A stretch of 64,000 nucleotides of DNA from NCBI GenBank assembly GCA_938014885.1, contig CALLQI010000004.1:94578-158577 (forward strand), read 5' to 3'. This stretch comes from an uncultured bacterium (GTDB taxonomy: Bacteria; Planctomycetota; UBA8742; UBA2392). Both the position numbers and the translations under genes were made by a program. The first letter of the stretch is position 1, and each line of letters opens with the position of its first letter. This document shows positions 46,159 to 55,289 of this stretch, piece by piece. A model generated the notes under the pieces. That model was not told the DNA's origin, did no database searches, and saw only the letters and a list, made by a program, of their open reading frames with translations.

Positions 46159-47382
46159 CTAACCCTTCACGCACACTACCTGCTTCAGCGTGTGGACGAT
46201 CTCCACCAGGTCCTTCTGGGCTTCCATGACCGCGTCGATGTCCTTGTACGCGGCCGGGGTTTCGTCGATCACGTCCTTGTCCTTGCGGCACTCGACGCCT
46301 TCCGTGGCGGCCACGTGGTCGCGCACCGTGAAGCGGCGCTTGGCCTCGCCACGGCTCATCGCGCGGCCGGCACCGTGGCTGCACGAGCAGAAGCTTTCCG
46401 GGTGGCCCTTGCCGCAAACGATGTAGCTGCGGGCACCCATGCTGCCCGGGATGATGCCAAACTCGCCCTTCTTGGCGCTGACGGCGCCCTTGCGGGTCAC
46501 GAACAGCATTTCACCGTAATGCTCTTCGCGCTCAACGTAGTTGTGGTGGCAATTCACCACCATCTCGTCGGCGGTGAACTCGGGCACGCCGGGCGTGCGC
46601 GCGACGGCCGCAATCACCGCGCGCATCATGCACTCGCGGTTGATGCGCGCGAACTCCTGCGCCCACGAAACCGCGCGGACGTAATCGTCGAAGTGCTCGG
46701 CACCTTCTTCAAAGTAGGCCAGGTTTTCGTCCGGCAGGTTCTTCACGTGATGCTGCATGTCCTTCTTTGCCAGCTCAATGAAGTGCGTGCCGATACGGTT
46801 GCCCACGCCACGCGAGCCCGAGTGCAGCATCAGCCACACACGCGAATCCTGGTCGATGCACACTTCGATGAAGTGATTGCCCGTGCCCAGCGTGCCCAGG
46901 TGATGCACCGGGTGCGCGTTGCGCGACAGCTTCGGGTGGCGCGCCACCAGCTCATCATAGCCGGCGGCCAGCTTGGCAAACGCGTTCACGTGGCCCTCCG
47001 GCGGGGTGCGCCAGGCGCCGCGGTCGTTGCGGCCGCCGCCGTCGGTGCGGCCGTGGGGTACGCGCTCTTCAATCGCGCGGCGGATGTCTCCCAGCTTGTC
47101 GGGCAGGTCTTCGGCGCGCAGGCTGGTGCGGACCGCGCACATGCCGCAGCCGATATCGACGCCCACAGCGGCCGGGATAATCGCACTCTTGGTCGGGATC
47201 ACCGAGCCCACAGTGGCACCCATGCCCCAGTGCACGTCGGGCATTGCGGCGACCCACTTGTGAACGACCGGCAGACGCGCGACGTTCAGCAGCTGCTGGC
47301 GCGCTTCGGCCTCAAATTCGACGCCATCCACCCATGCCTTGATCGGCTTGGCGCCGTGTGCTGTGATCAGTTCGTAGTTCAT
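46159..47382 (-). CDS. rtcB: RNA-splicing ligase RtcB
   Basis: RtcB metal-binding blocks (DIGCGMC, HNYV..., HGAGR); start at ATG 47382 with GGAG upstream; 407 aa. Confidence 0.9.
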   Translation of the reverse strand: MNYELITAHGAKPIKAWVDGVEFEAEARQQLLNVARLPVVHKWVAAMPDVHWGMGATVGSVIPTKSAIIPAAVGVDIGCGMCAVRTSLRAEDLPDKLGDIRRAIEERVPHGRTDGGGRNDRGAWRTPPEGHVNAFAKLAAGYDELVARHPKLSRNAHPVHHLGTLGTGNHFIEVCIDQDSRVWLMLHSGSRGVGNRIGTHFIELAKKDMQHHVKNLPDENLAYFEEGAEHFDDYVRAVSWAQEFARINRECMMRAVIAAVARTPGVPEFTADEMVVNCHHNYVEREEHYGEMLFVTRKGAVSAKKGEFGIIPGSMGARSYIVCGKGHPESFCSCSHGAGRAMSRGEAKRRFTVRDHVAATEGVECRKDKDVIDETPAAYKDIDAVMEAQKDLVEIVHTLKQVVCVKG

Positions 47383-47514
47383 CCGGTCTCCGTTGCTGTA
47401 TTCATTTGTAGCCCAACGCACGCGAGTTTCGCGTGTCTGCCCGGCGCCGCAACCGCAAATGACAAACGCCAGGGGCCGTTGTGCGGACCCCTGGCGTTTT
47501 CGCGATTCGTGATG

Positions 47515-48630
47515 CTAGCGCACGGAACTGTCGGGCTTGGGCTCAGACTTCTGCAGGTACACCCACACGTAGGGCTTGCGGTTGAAGGGCGCCTTGCGGG
47601 TGCCTTCCTTGGCCGGTTCGGTGTTGGCCCACATGGAGTAACCGCCGACCACGAGATCCAGCTTGCCGTCGCCGTTGTAGTCGATCACGTCAAAGTACAG
47701 TCCCGCGTCGGCGCGCACCGCGCCTTCGGCGTCTTTCTTGGCGGGGGCAATCAGCGCCTTGGGCGCGTCGAACTTTGGCTCGCCCTTTTTGCCGGTGTTG
47801 CGGGCCCAGAACACGCCGCCGCCTTCACCGTTGCCGTAGGTGTCGCCGAACGTGCCGAACAGCAGGTCGTCCACGCCGTCTTTGTCCCAGTCCAGCAGGC
47901 GCGGCGAAGTGACCTTGCCGCCCAGTTCAAGCGGCTTGTCGCCGGACATGATGCGCTTGCTGATGGTTGCATACTTGGGCTCTTTGGTGCTGCCCTCGTT
48001 CAGGTTCAGCCACAGGCCGCCGTTGCGGTCGCCGAGGATGATGTCGAGGTCGCCATCGGCGTCCCAGTCCCATGCAAAGGCCGAAATGCAGTGGGCGCCG
48101 CCCTGGGCTGCGTCGGTCATGTTCTTGCTGGTCCACTTGCGGGTTTCGTAGTCCCAGTACTGGGACAGGATGATGCGCGCGCCTTCGCTGTTCTTGACCT
48201 GCGATGGCGTCTGGAAGCCTTCTTTGCTGCCGAAGCTCACCCAAGGCGAGCCGTCAAACGTGGCGGTGAAGATGTCAGTGATGCCGTCGCCGTTGAAGTC
48301 CACAAACTGTGGGGCCATCCCGATGCATCACCAGTTGTTGAATTTCAAAGGCTTGCCATCGGCACCGTTCAGCGTCTTTTCTTCGCCCCAACCGTCTTCG
48401 GTGCGGGTGCTTACCGTCAGGCTGCCACGCAGGTCGCCGATCACCATCTCGATCTTGCCGTCTCCGTCGATGTCATGCAGCGCGGGCGAAGGATACAGAC
48501 GGTCCGCGGTGCCCAGCTTGTGGCCGAGCGGGGCATCGCCGGCCTTGAGTTGCACCGGTGCCTCAAACGTCTGTGCGGACAGTACCGTCGCGGCAAGCGC
48601 GCAGGCTGCTGCCAAGGTCGGTTTCATCAT
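47515..48630 (-). CDS. Secreted FG-GAP/VCBS-repeat beta-propeller protein interrupted by one in-frame TGA (48328..48330)
   Basis: ORFs 48328..48630 and 47515..48318 are in the same frame; the reverse strand reads ...KPLKFNNW-TGA-CIGMAPQFVDFNGDGITDIF.... Repeated DxDGDG/DxNGDG calcium-binding loops occur on both sides (DIDGDGKIE, DFNGDGITD, DWDADGDLD, DWDKDGVDD, DYNGDGKLD). Confidence 0.55.
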
Positions 48631-48762
48631 GCGTAGTCTCCTTGTAAGTCGGTCGGGGCCTTGCCCGGGGTCGCGTATGATACGCGCTGATTCGACCGGC
48701 TACTAAGTGAATCCCGCCTGCCTTCCTTTGACCGATATGCCCTGCCTGCTATTGTCGATTTC

Positions 48763-49962
48763 ATGGAAAAGGTCGTCATGGCGTACTCGGGCGGGCAAAG
48801 CACCACCGCTGCCCTGCACTGGCTTAAGCGCTCGCGCGGGATGCGCGTTGTGGCAGTCGCGCTGAACCTGGGCCAGGGGGGCGACTTTGACGAAGTCGCC
48901 AACCGCGCCATTGAGGCCGGTGCGGATTCAGTCCACGCCATTGATCGCCGGCGCACCTTTGTGAAGCAGTATTGCTTCAAAGCCCTGCGGGCCTCGGCGC
49001 GCTATGAAGGGGCGTATTACCTGTCAGCCGCGCTGTCGCGCCCGCTGATCGCAACCGAGCTTGTGGCCATGGCGCAGGAAGAAGGCGCGCGCTACATAGC
49101 CCACGGGGCACCTCCCAAAGGCAACGACCAGTTCCGCTTCGAGTGCGCGGTGGCAGCCCTGGACCCTGCGCTGCGCAGCATTGCCCCGATGCGCGAATGG
49201 AGCCTGCAAACCCGCGAAGAAGTGCTGGGCTACCTGAAGCAGAACAACTTGCCCTCCGGCGACAGCACCGAGCGCACCTACAGCAGCGATCGCAACCTGT
49301 GGGGAGTGCGCAGCAGTGCCGGTGAGCTTGAAGACCCAGGCCTGCCCGTGCCGGAATCAACCTACCAGATCACCACCAGCCCTGCGCAGGCCCCCGACGA
49401 GCCCGCCGACGTGGAACTGAAGTTCCATCAGGGCGAACCCGTAAGCCTGAACGGCAAGAAGCTGCAACCCGTGGAGCTGGTCGAAGAGCTTGAGCAAATC
49501 GCCGGTGCCCACGGAGTCGGCCGCTTTGACACCATTGAGGACCGCATTCTCGGCTTCAAGAGCCGCGAAGTGTATGAAGCCCCGGCCGCGCACGTGCTGC
49601 ACATCGCGCACGATGAACTCGAGAAGCTGACCCTGGACGCCGAGTTCATTGAGATGAAGCCGATGCTCGCCCAGCGGTACGCTGAGCTGGTGTACGACAG
49701 CCGCTGGTTCTCAAGGCTGCGCGAGAGCCTGGACGCGTTCTTCCGCGAAAGCCAGCAGTACGTGACCGGCACCGTGAAGCTGCGCCTGTACAAGGGCAGC
49801 GTAACCGTGCAGGGCCGCCACAGCGAGTTCAGCATCTATGACAGTGAGGCCAGCCGGCGCCACCACAGCGGCGGCATTCCGGCCGCCAGCATCGCGGGCT
49901 ACCTTGAACTGCGCCGCCTGAACCAGATGACCCACAGTTTCAAACAGCGTCCGAAGTTCTGA
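48763..49962 (+). CDS. argG: Argininosuccinate synthase-like protein (divergent ATP-pyrophosphatase motifs)
   Basis: AYSGGQSTT (canonical AYSGGLDTS) and HGAPPKGNDQFRFE (canonical HGATGKGNDQVRFE); the ArgG C-terminal region is conserved; 399 aa. Confidence 0.75.
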   Translation: MEKVVMAYSGGQSTTAALHWLKRSRGMRVVAVALNLGQGGDFDEVANRAIEAGADSVHAIDRRRTFVKQYCFKALRASARYEGAYYLSAALSRPLIATELVAMAQEEGARYIAHGAPPKGNDQFRFECAVAALDPALRSIAPMREWSLQTREEVLGYLKQNNLPSGDSTERTYSSDRNLWGVRSSAGELEDPGLPVPESTYQITTSPAQAPDEPADVELKFHQGEPVSLNGKKLQPVELVEELEQIAGAHGVGRFDTIEDRILGFKSREVYEAPAAHVLHIAHDELEKLTLDAEFIEMKPMLAQRYAELVYDSRWFSRLRESLDAFFRESQQYVTGTVKLRLYKGSVTVQGRHSEFSIYDSEASRRHHSGGIPAASIAGYLELRRLNQMTHSFKQRPKF

Positions 49963-49969
49963 TCGGCGC

Positions 49970-51721
49970 TCAGTTGGCCTTGCGTTCTGTGGCCAGCGCG
50001 GCCTCCAGCGTCGGGTGGAAACTCAGTTCACCCGGGGCTTCTTCGATGTGCGCCTTGGCCATGGCACGCCGAGGTTGCGGGCAGACCCCCACCATGCACA
50101 CGCGAACACCCTGAGAGCGCAGCTTGCCCAGCAGGCTTTCCAGCGCGACCAGGCCGGTCACGTCCATGGCCGGGACCGCGTGCATATCCAGCACCAGCAC
50201 TTTCTCACTGCCGGTGGTCTGGATCGCGCTGATGGCTTTGTCGGCCGCGCCAAAGAACAGCGGACCCGCGATCTCGTAAAGCATCACGCCTTGCGGCAGC
50301 GGCTCACGCGCGGCGGCCCCATTGCCGACCACGCGCGCGCCCGAGATTTCAGCCATGCGCCGCATGAACAGCAGCGCGGCCAGCACAATGCCCACGCTGA
50401 CCGCAATCACCATGTCAAAGACCACCGTAAGCGCAAAGCAAAGCAGCAGCACCACCAAATCGCTGCGCGGGGCCACGCGAAGCATGTGCACGAAGTGCTT
50501 GGCGTCGCTCATGTTCCAGGCCACCACCAGCAGCAGCGCCGCCAGACCCGCCATCGGCAGATAGCCCAGCACCGGTGCCAGCGCCATTACTACCGCCAAC
50601 AGGAACAATGCATGCGTCAGGGCCGCAATTGGGCTGCGCCCGCCGTTGCGCACATTGGTTGCGGTACGGGCGATCGCGCCCGTGGCCGCAAATCCGGCAA
50701 AGAAGGGCGCCACCAGGTTGCCCAGCCCCTGGCCCACGAGTTCCGCATCGGGGTCATGGCGTGTGCCGGCCATGCCGTCGGCGACGACGGCTGAAAGCAG
50801 CGATTCAATGGCACCCAATGCCGCAATGGCAAATGCGGGGCCGATCAGCGCCCGCACCAGCGCCCAGTCCATATGCAGCGGCTGCCCATCCGGCCCCGGC
50901 AGCGACCAGGGCAACACCGGAAGCGGCGGCAACTGCGGAATGCCGGGCATGGTCACGCCATCCTTCACGTAGCTGAATCGACCAGCGATGGTCGCCGGCT
51001 GCACGCCCGCGAACTCGGACAGTGCATAGGCCAGGCCCGCCGCCAGCGCTATGGCCACCAGCGGGCCAGGGATCTTGCGGGTGATGCGCGGCCACACCAG
51101 CAGCAGTGCCAGTGTCACGCCGCCGACCAGCGCGTCGGCCCACGAAACGGAGGGCATGGCAGATGCAAGGTCGGCAATGCGGTTCCAGTAATGGTCGCCG
51201 CTGGGCGTGACGTTCAGCCCAAGAAAGTCCTTCACCTGCAACGTGGCGATCACTACGGCAATGCCCGCGGTGAAACCCGTCGTAACCGGGTAGGGCACAA
51301 ACTGCACCAGCTTGCCCAGCCGCGCCAGACCCATCACGACCAGGATTGCGCCCGCCATCAGCGATGCCAGCGCAAGCCCGCCCAGCCCGTACTGGGCGGA
51401 AATCGGGGCCAGCAGCACCACAAACGCCGCTGTCGGGCCTGAGACGTTCAGTCGGCTGCCGCCCGTTACGGCAATCAGCCCGCCCGCGACAATGGCCGTG
51501 TACAGCCCGTGCTGCGGCGGCACGCCGGACGCAATCGCCAGCGCCATCGCCAGCGGCAGCGCCACGATGCCCACGATCACCCCTGACACGATGTCAGCCC
51601 GCAGTTTGCGGCCGCTGTAGCCTTCGCGCAGCGTGCCGCGCAACGCGGTCGCAAACGGGAAAGTACGCCACTGGCCCGCCGCCACGTGGCGGCGACTTCG
51701 CTGAGGTTCTGTGCCCGGCAT
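49970..51721 (-). CDS. SulP-family anion (sulfate/bicarbonate) transporter with a C-terminal STAS domain
   Basis: Multi-TM SulP core (GLYTAIVAGGLIAVTGGSRLNVSGPTAAF) and a STAS domain; start at ATG 51721. Confidence 0.85.
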   Translation of the reverse strand: MPGTEPQRSRRHVAAGQWRTFPFATALRGTLREGYSGRKLRADIVSGVIVGIVALPLAMALAIASGVPPQHGLYTAIVAGGLIAVTGGSRLNVSGPTAAFVVLLAPISAQYGLGGLALASLMAGAILVVMGLARLGKLVQFVPYPVTTGFTAGIAVVIATLQVKDFLGLNVTPSGDHYWNRIADLASAMPSVSWADALVGGVTLALLLVWPRITRKIPGPLVAIALAAGLAYALSEFAGVQPATIAGRFSYVKDGVTMPGIPQLPPLPVLPWSLPGPDGQPLHMDWALVRALIGPAFAIAALGAIESLLSAVVADGMAGTRHDPDAELVGQGLGNLVAPFFAGFAATGAIARTATNVRNGGRSPIAALTHALFLLAVVMALAPVLGYLPMAGLAALLLVVAWNMSDAKHFVHMLRVAPRSDLVVLLLCFALTVVFDMVIAVSVGIVLAALLFMRRMAEISGARVVGNGAAAREPLPQGVMLYEIAGPLFFGAADKAISAIQTTGSEKVLVLDMHAVPAMDVTGLVALESLLGKLRSQGVRVCMVGVCPQPRRAMAKAHIEEAPGELSFHPTLEAALATERKAN

Positions 51722-52019
51722 GGCTGATGCGGCGGCTTCTGGGCGCGCCGTACTCCGGCGCAAGGCGGCTGTGCGTGACGCTCGTCAGCCCGTCTGCGGT
51801 CGCCGCGACAATCGCGCGGCACAACGGCATCATAGGGGCAGGAAGGCAGGCTGCAACCAGCCCGCCAACGTAGAGGACGCGGCTGGTCCTGTTCCCGCAC
51901 GCAGCGCTGCAAACCCGAGCCGCTGCTACCCGTTTGCATCGGCGGCCAGCCTTGCTATCTTTCCGCCCAATCAGCAAGGCGAGGCGACGTGGAACGAAGT
52001 GGAACCAGGACCAGCACAT

Positions 52020-52045
52020 GCGACGCTAACGGCGTCGCTTTTTTT
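52020..52045 (+). terminator. Intrinsic terminator/attenuator in the pyrB leader, 35 nt upstream of the pyrB start
   Basis: GCGACGC-taacg-GCGTCGC followed by TTTTTTT. A 3-codon mini-ORF ATG CGA CGC TAA (52018..52029) overlaps the 5-prime arm. Confidence 0.55.
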
Positions 52046-52079
52046 GTGCCCTGCACCGGCGTCTGCGCGGAGAACTGCC

Positions 52080-53054
52080 ATGACTGAACCCGCGCCGCTG
52101 CTTTGGAAGCGCAAAGACCTGCTGGGTCTCGAAGAGCTTTCGCGCGAAGAAATCCTGCACGTGCTCGACACCGCGCGCGGCTTCTCGGAAATCAGCACCC
52201 GAAGCATCAAGAAGGCCCCTGCACTGCGCGGCAAAGTCGTGCTGAACCTGTTCTTTGAGCCCAGTACCCGCACCAAGGCCAGCTTCAGCCTGGCCGCGCA
52301 ACGCCTCAGCGCCGACCTGGTCGATATCGTCAAAGAAGCCAGCAGCGCCGTGAAAGGCGAAACGCTGGTCGACACCGGCTGCAACCTGCAGGCTATGGGC
52401 GTCGACATCGTGATCCTTCGCCACCAGCAGGCCGGTGCGCCGCACCTGTTGGCGCGCAGCCTGGACGCCTGTGTGGTAAACGCCGGCGACGGCACCCATG
52501 AGCACCCGACGCAGGGCTTGCTCGATATCTTCACGATGCGCGAGAAGTTTGGCGACTTGACCGGCAAGAAGATAGCGCTGGTGGGCGACATCACCCACAG
52601 CCGCGTGGCGCGCAGCAACATCTGGGGCCTGCGTAAACTGGGCGCCGAGGTAGGCATCATCGGGCCGCGAACCCTTCTGCCGGGCGCATTCCGTGAACTC
52701 GGCGTGAACCTGCATTATCACCTGGATGAAGTGCTGGACCACTACGACGTGTTCAACATCCTGCGCATCCAGATGGAACGCCAGAAGAAGGGCATGTTCC
52801 CCAGTGTGCGCGAATACCACCACTTGTACGGCATTGATTCGCGCCGCGTGAAAAAAATGAAGCCCCATGCGCTGATCATGCACCCGGGCCCGATCAACCG
52901 CGGCGTTGAGATCAGCCAGGAAGTAGCCGACGGCGACCACAGCGTGATCCTGCGCCAGGTCACCAACGGGCTGGCTGTGCGCATGGCAGTGCTGGTACTC
53001 GTGCAATCAGCCCAGCCGGCCACTCACGGCTCAGGGAGGTACGAGCATGCCTGA
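52080..53054 (+). CDS. pyrB: Aspartate carbamoyltransferase catalytic subunit
   Basis: STRTR carbamoyl-phosphate motif, HPTQ, HPGP; ATG 52080 preceded by GGAGAA; the upstream part of ORF 51711..53054 is leader sequence. Confidence 0.9.
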   Translation: MTEPAPLLWKRKDLLGLEELSREEILHVLDTARGFSEISTRSIKKAPALRGKVVLNLFFEPSTRTKASFSLAAQRLSADLVDIVKEASSAVKGETLVDTGCNLQAMGVDIVILRHQQAGAPHLLARSLDACVVNAGDGTHEHPTQGLLDIFTMREKFGDLTGKKIALVGDITHSRVARSNIWGLRKLGAEVGIIGPRTLLPGAFRELGVNLHYHLDEVLDHYDVFNILRIQMERQKKGMFPSVREYHHLYGIDSRRVKKMKPHALIMHPGPINRGVEISQEVADGDHSVILRQVTNGLAVRMAVLVLVQSAQPATHGSGRYEHA

Positions 53055-53976
53055 TGCCGCCGCGACACAAGCAGCCGCAAAGCCTGCGCCGCTTCAGATA
53101 CCGCGCCATCTTCACGCGATACTGCTGCTGTCGGTGCTGATTGTTGCCGGACTCGCCGGGCTGCGCTTCCTGAACCGCGTTGCGGTATTCCCCCCCACCC
53201 TGAAAGACGCGTCTGTCGGGCCGCGCGTGGCGGCCGAACGCACGGATGTTCGCGAAGCACGCATCCCCACCGAAGACGGGCTTTCCCTATACGGCTGGGT
53301 CCAGGGCCGCGATGCAGCGCCCCGCAAGATCATCATGTTCGGCGGCAACGCTGAGTACACCGGCCCCAGCGCGCAGATGTACGCCGACCGCTGCGCCGCA
53401 CTGGACTGCCAGTTCTTGATCTTTGACTATCGCGGTTTCGCCAACAGCCCCGGCCAGCCCAGCGAACACGGCCTGTATCGCGACGCGCGCGGCGCGTACA
53501 ACTTTGCGATCACCGAACTGGGCTGGAAGCCCGCGCAGATCATCCTGTGGGGCCGCAGCCTCGGCGGCGCCGTAGCGATCCGCCTGGCACACGAACTGCA
53601 GGCTGAAACCCGCCGCGAAGCGCTGAAAGACGGCGCACCGGCGGCCGCGCTGCTGCTGGAAGCTCCGTTTCTCAGCATCGGTGCCATGGGCAAGCACTAC
53701 TACCCGTGGCTGATCAAGCCCGAGTGGTTCGCCTACACGATCATGGACAACGGCAAGCTCGCCGCCGACCTGAAGCTGCCGGTGTTTCAACTGCACGGCG
53801 ACAAGGACGAAATCATCCCCTTCGAACAGGGCGAAGCGCTGCACGCGGCCTTCAAGGGTCCCAAACAATTCCTGCGCCTTGAGGGCGTGATGCATAACAA
53901 CGTATGGCAGGACGAGGCCCGCACGAAGCGGATCGACCAGGCCATGGACGAGTTTCTGAATAAGCACGCGCCATGA
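53047..53976 (+). CDS. Alpha/beta-hydrolase fold protein (membrane-anchored), inserted between pyrB and the DHOase-like gene
   Basis: TM helix LLLSVLIVAGLAGL; GRSLGG nucleophile elbow; Asp/His downstream (HGDKDEIIP, MHNN). Confidence 0.7.
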   Translation: MPDAAATQAAAKPAPLQIPRHLHAILLLSVLIVAGLAGLRFLNRVAVFPPTLKDASVGPRVAAERTDVREARIPTEDGLSLYGWVQGRDAAPRKIIMFGGNAEYTGPSAQMYADRCAALDCQFLIFDYRGFANSPGQPSEHGLYRDARGAYNFAITELGWKPAQIILWGRSLGGAVAIRLAHELQAETRREALKDGAPAAALLLEAPFLSIGAMGKHYYPWLIKPEWFAYTIMDNGKLAADLKLPVFQLHGDKDEIIPFEQGEALHAAFKGPKQFLRLEGVMHNNVWQDEARTKRIDQAMDEFLNKHAP

Positions 53977-55289
53977 GTGAAACCATTCTCATCAAAGGCG
54001 GCTACCTGCTTGACCCGGCCACGGGCAAGGAAGGCGTCGGCGACGTGCTGATTGCCGGCGGCAAGATCGTGGCAGCGGGCAACGTGAGACTCGCCGATGC
54101 CCAGAAATCAAGCCCCGACGGCCACGTCGAGGTGCTGCAATGCGAAGGCCTTCATGTTGCACCGGGCCTTGTGGATCTGCGCGCCCACATGGGCGAGCCC
54201 GGCCACGACAGCGAAGAAACCATTGCCCACGGCGCGGAAGTGGCCGTCCACGGCGGCTTCACCACCGTCGCCTGCCTGCCTGACACCGAACCCGCGAACG
54301 ACAACGTGGCATCGGCCTTGTTCGTGCGGCGCCAAAGCGAACAGGCCGGTTTTGCCGACGTGTGGCCGGTTTGCGCCCTGACCCGCAACCGCGAAGGTCG
54401 CGAGCTTACCGAGATCGGCCAGCTCGTTGAGGCCGGCGCGGTCGCCTTCAGCGATGAGCAGCGCGGCTCGGATACGCCCGCGGCCATCCTGCGCGGGATG
54501 AGTTACGCCAGCATGTTTGACCGCGCGGTGATTGAGTACGCGCAAGACCCCGAGCTCGCGGGCGGCGTGATGAACGCGGGCTATGAATCCGCGCTCGCAG
54601 GCCTGTCCGGCCTTCCGGCGGTCGCCGAAGAGCTCGCGATTGCGCGCGCCTGCATGTTCGCGCGCGAAACCGGCTGCCACTTTCACGCGGGCAAGTTGAC
54701 CTCACGCAACGCGGTGCGGGCGGTCAAGCGCGCGCGCAAGCTGGGAGTGCGCGTCACAGCCGAAGTCTGCGCGCATCACCTGGCTGTGACCGACGACGAA
54801 GTCCGCAAGGCCTACGACACCAACCTGAAGGTGTTCCCGCCGTTTCGCACGCGCGAAGACATCGCCTGGCTCAAGCGCGGCCTGCGCGAGGGCGTGATCG
54901 ACTGCATCGTAAGCGGGCACAGGCCCGTGCCGCCCCAGTTGAAGGAACTTGAATTCGGCGCTGCACCGTTCGGCAGCGTCGGGCTTGAGACTGCACTGGC
55001 CGTGGCACTGACTGAACTGGTGCACACATCAGAGCTGCCGCTGCTGGCTGCGATCACCAAGCTGACGCTGAACCCGGCCAAAGTCCTGCGTCTGGACAAG
55101 CGCAAGGGCAGCCTGTCACCCGGCACCGACGGCGACCTGTGTATCTTCGACCTCAAGTCCGAATGGCAGGTCACCGAATCGGCCCTGTTCAGCCACGCCA
55201 AGAACTCGGCGCTGCTCGGCCGCACGCTGAAAGGCCGCCCCAAGTTCACCGTCACCCGCAACCGGGTGATTGACCTGGGCATGCGCTAG
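53973..55289 (+). CDS. pyrC: Dihydroorotase-like protein, probably a non-catalytic PyrC-prime type
   Basis: Amidohydrolase/DHOase fold but VDLRAHMGEPG where active DHOases have D-x-H-x-H-LREPG (the first metal-ligand His is Arg). Overlaps the preceding gene by 4 nt; follows pyrB as in PyrB/PyrC-prime organisms. Confidence 0.75.
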   Translation: MSETILIKGGYLLDPATGKEGVGDVLIAGGKIVAAGNVRLADAQKSSPDGHVEVLQCEGLHVAPGLVDLRAHMGEPGHDSEETIAHGAEVAVHGGFTTVACLPDTEPANDNVASALFVRRQSEQAGFADVWPVCALTRNREGRELTEIGQLVEAGAVAFSDEQRGSDTPAAILRGMSYASMFDRAVIEYAQDPELAGGVMNAGYESALAGLSGLPAVAEELAIARACMFARETGCHFHAGKLTSRNAVRAVKRARKLGVRVTAEVCAHHLAVTDDEVRKAYDTNLKVFPPFRTREDIAWLKRGLREGVIDCIVSGHRPVPPQLKELEFGAAPFGSVGLETALAVALTELVHTSELPLLAAITKLTLNPAKVLRLDKRKGSLSPGTDGDLCIFDLKSEWQVTESALFSHAKNSALLGRTLKGRPKFTVTRNRVIDLGMR

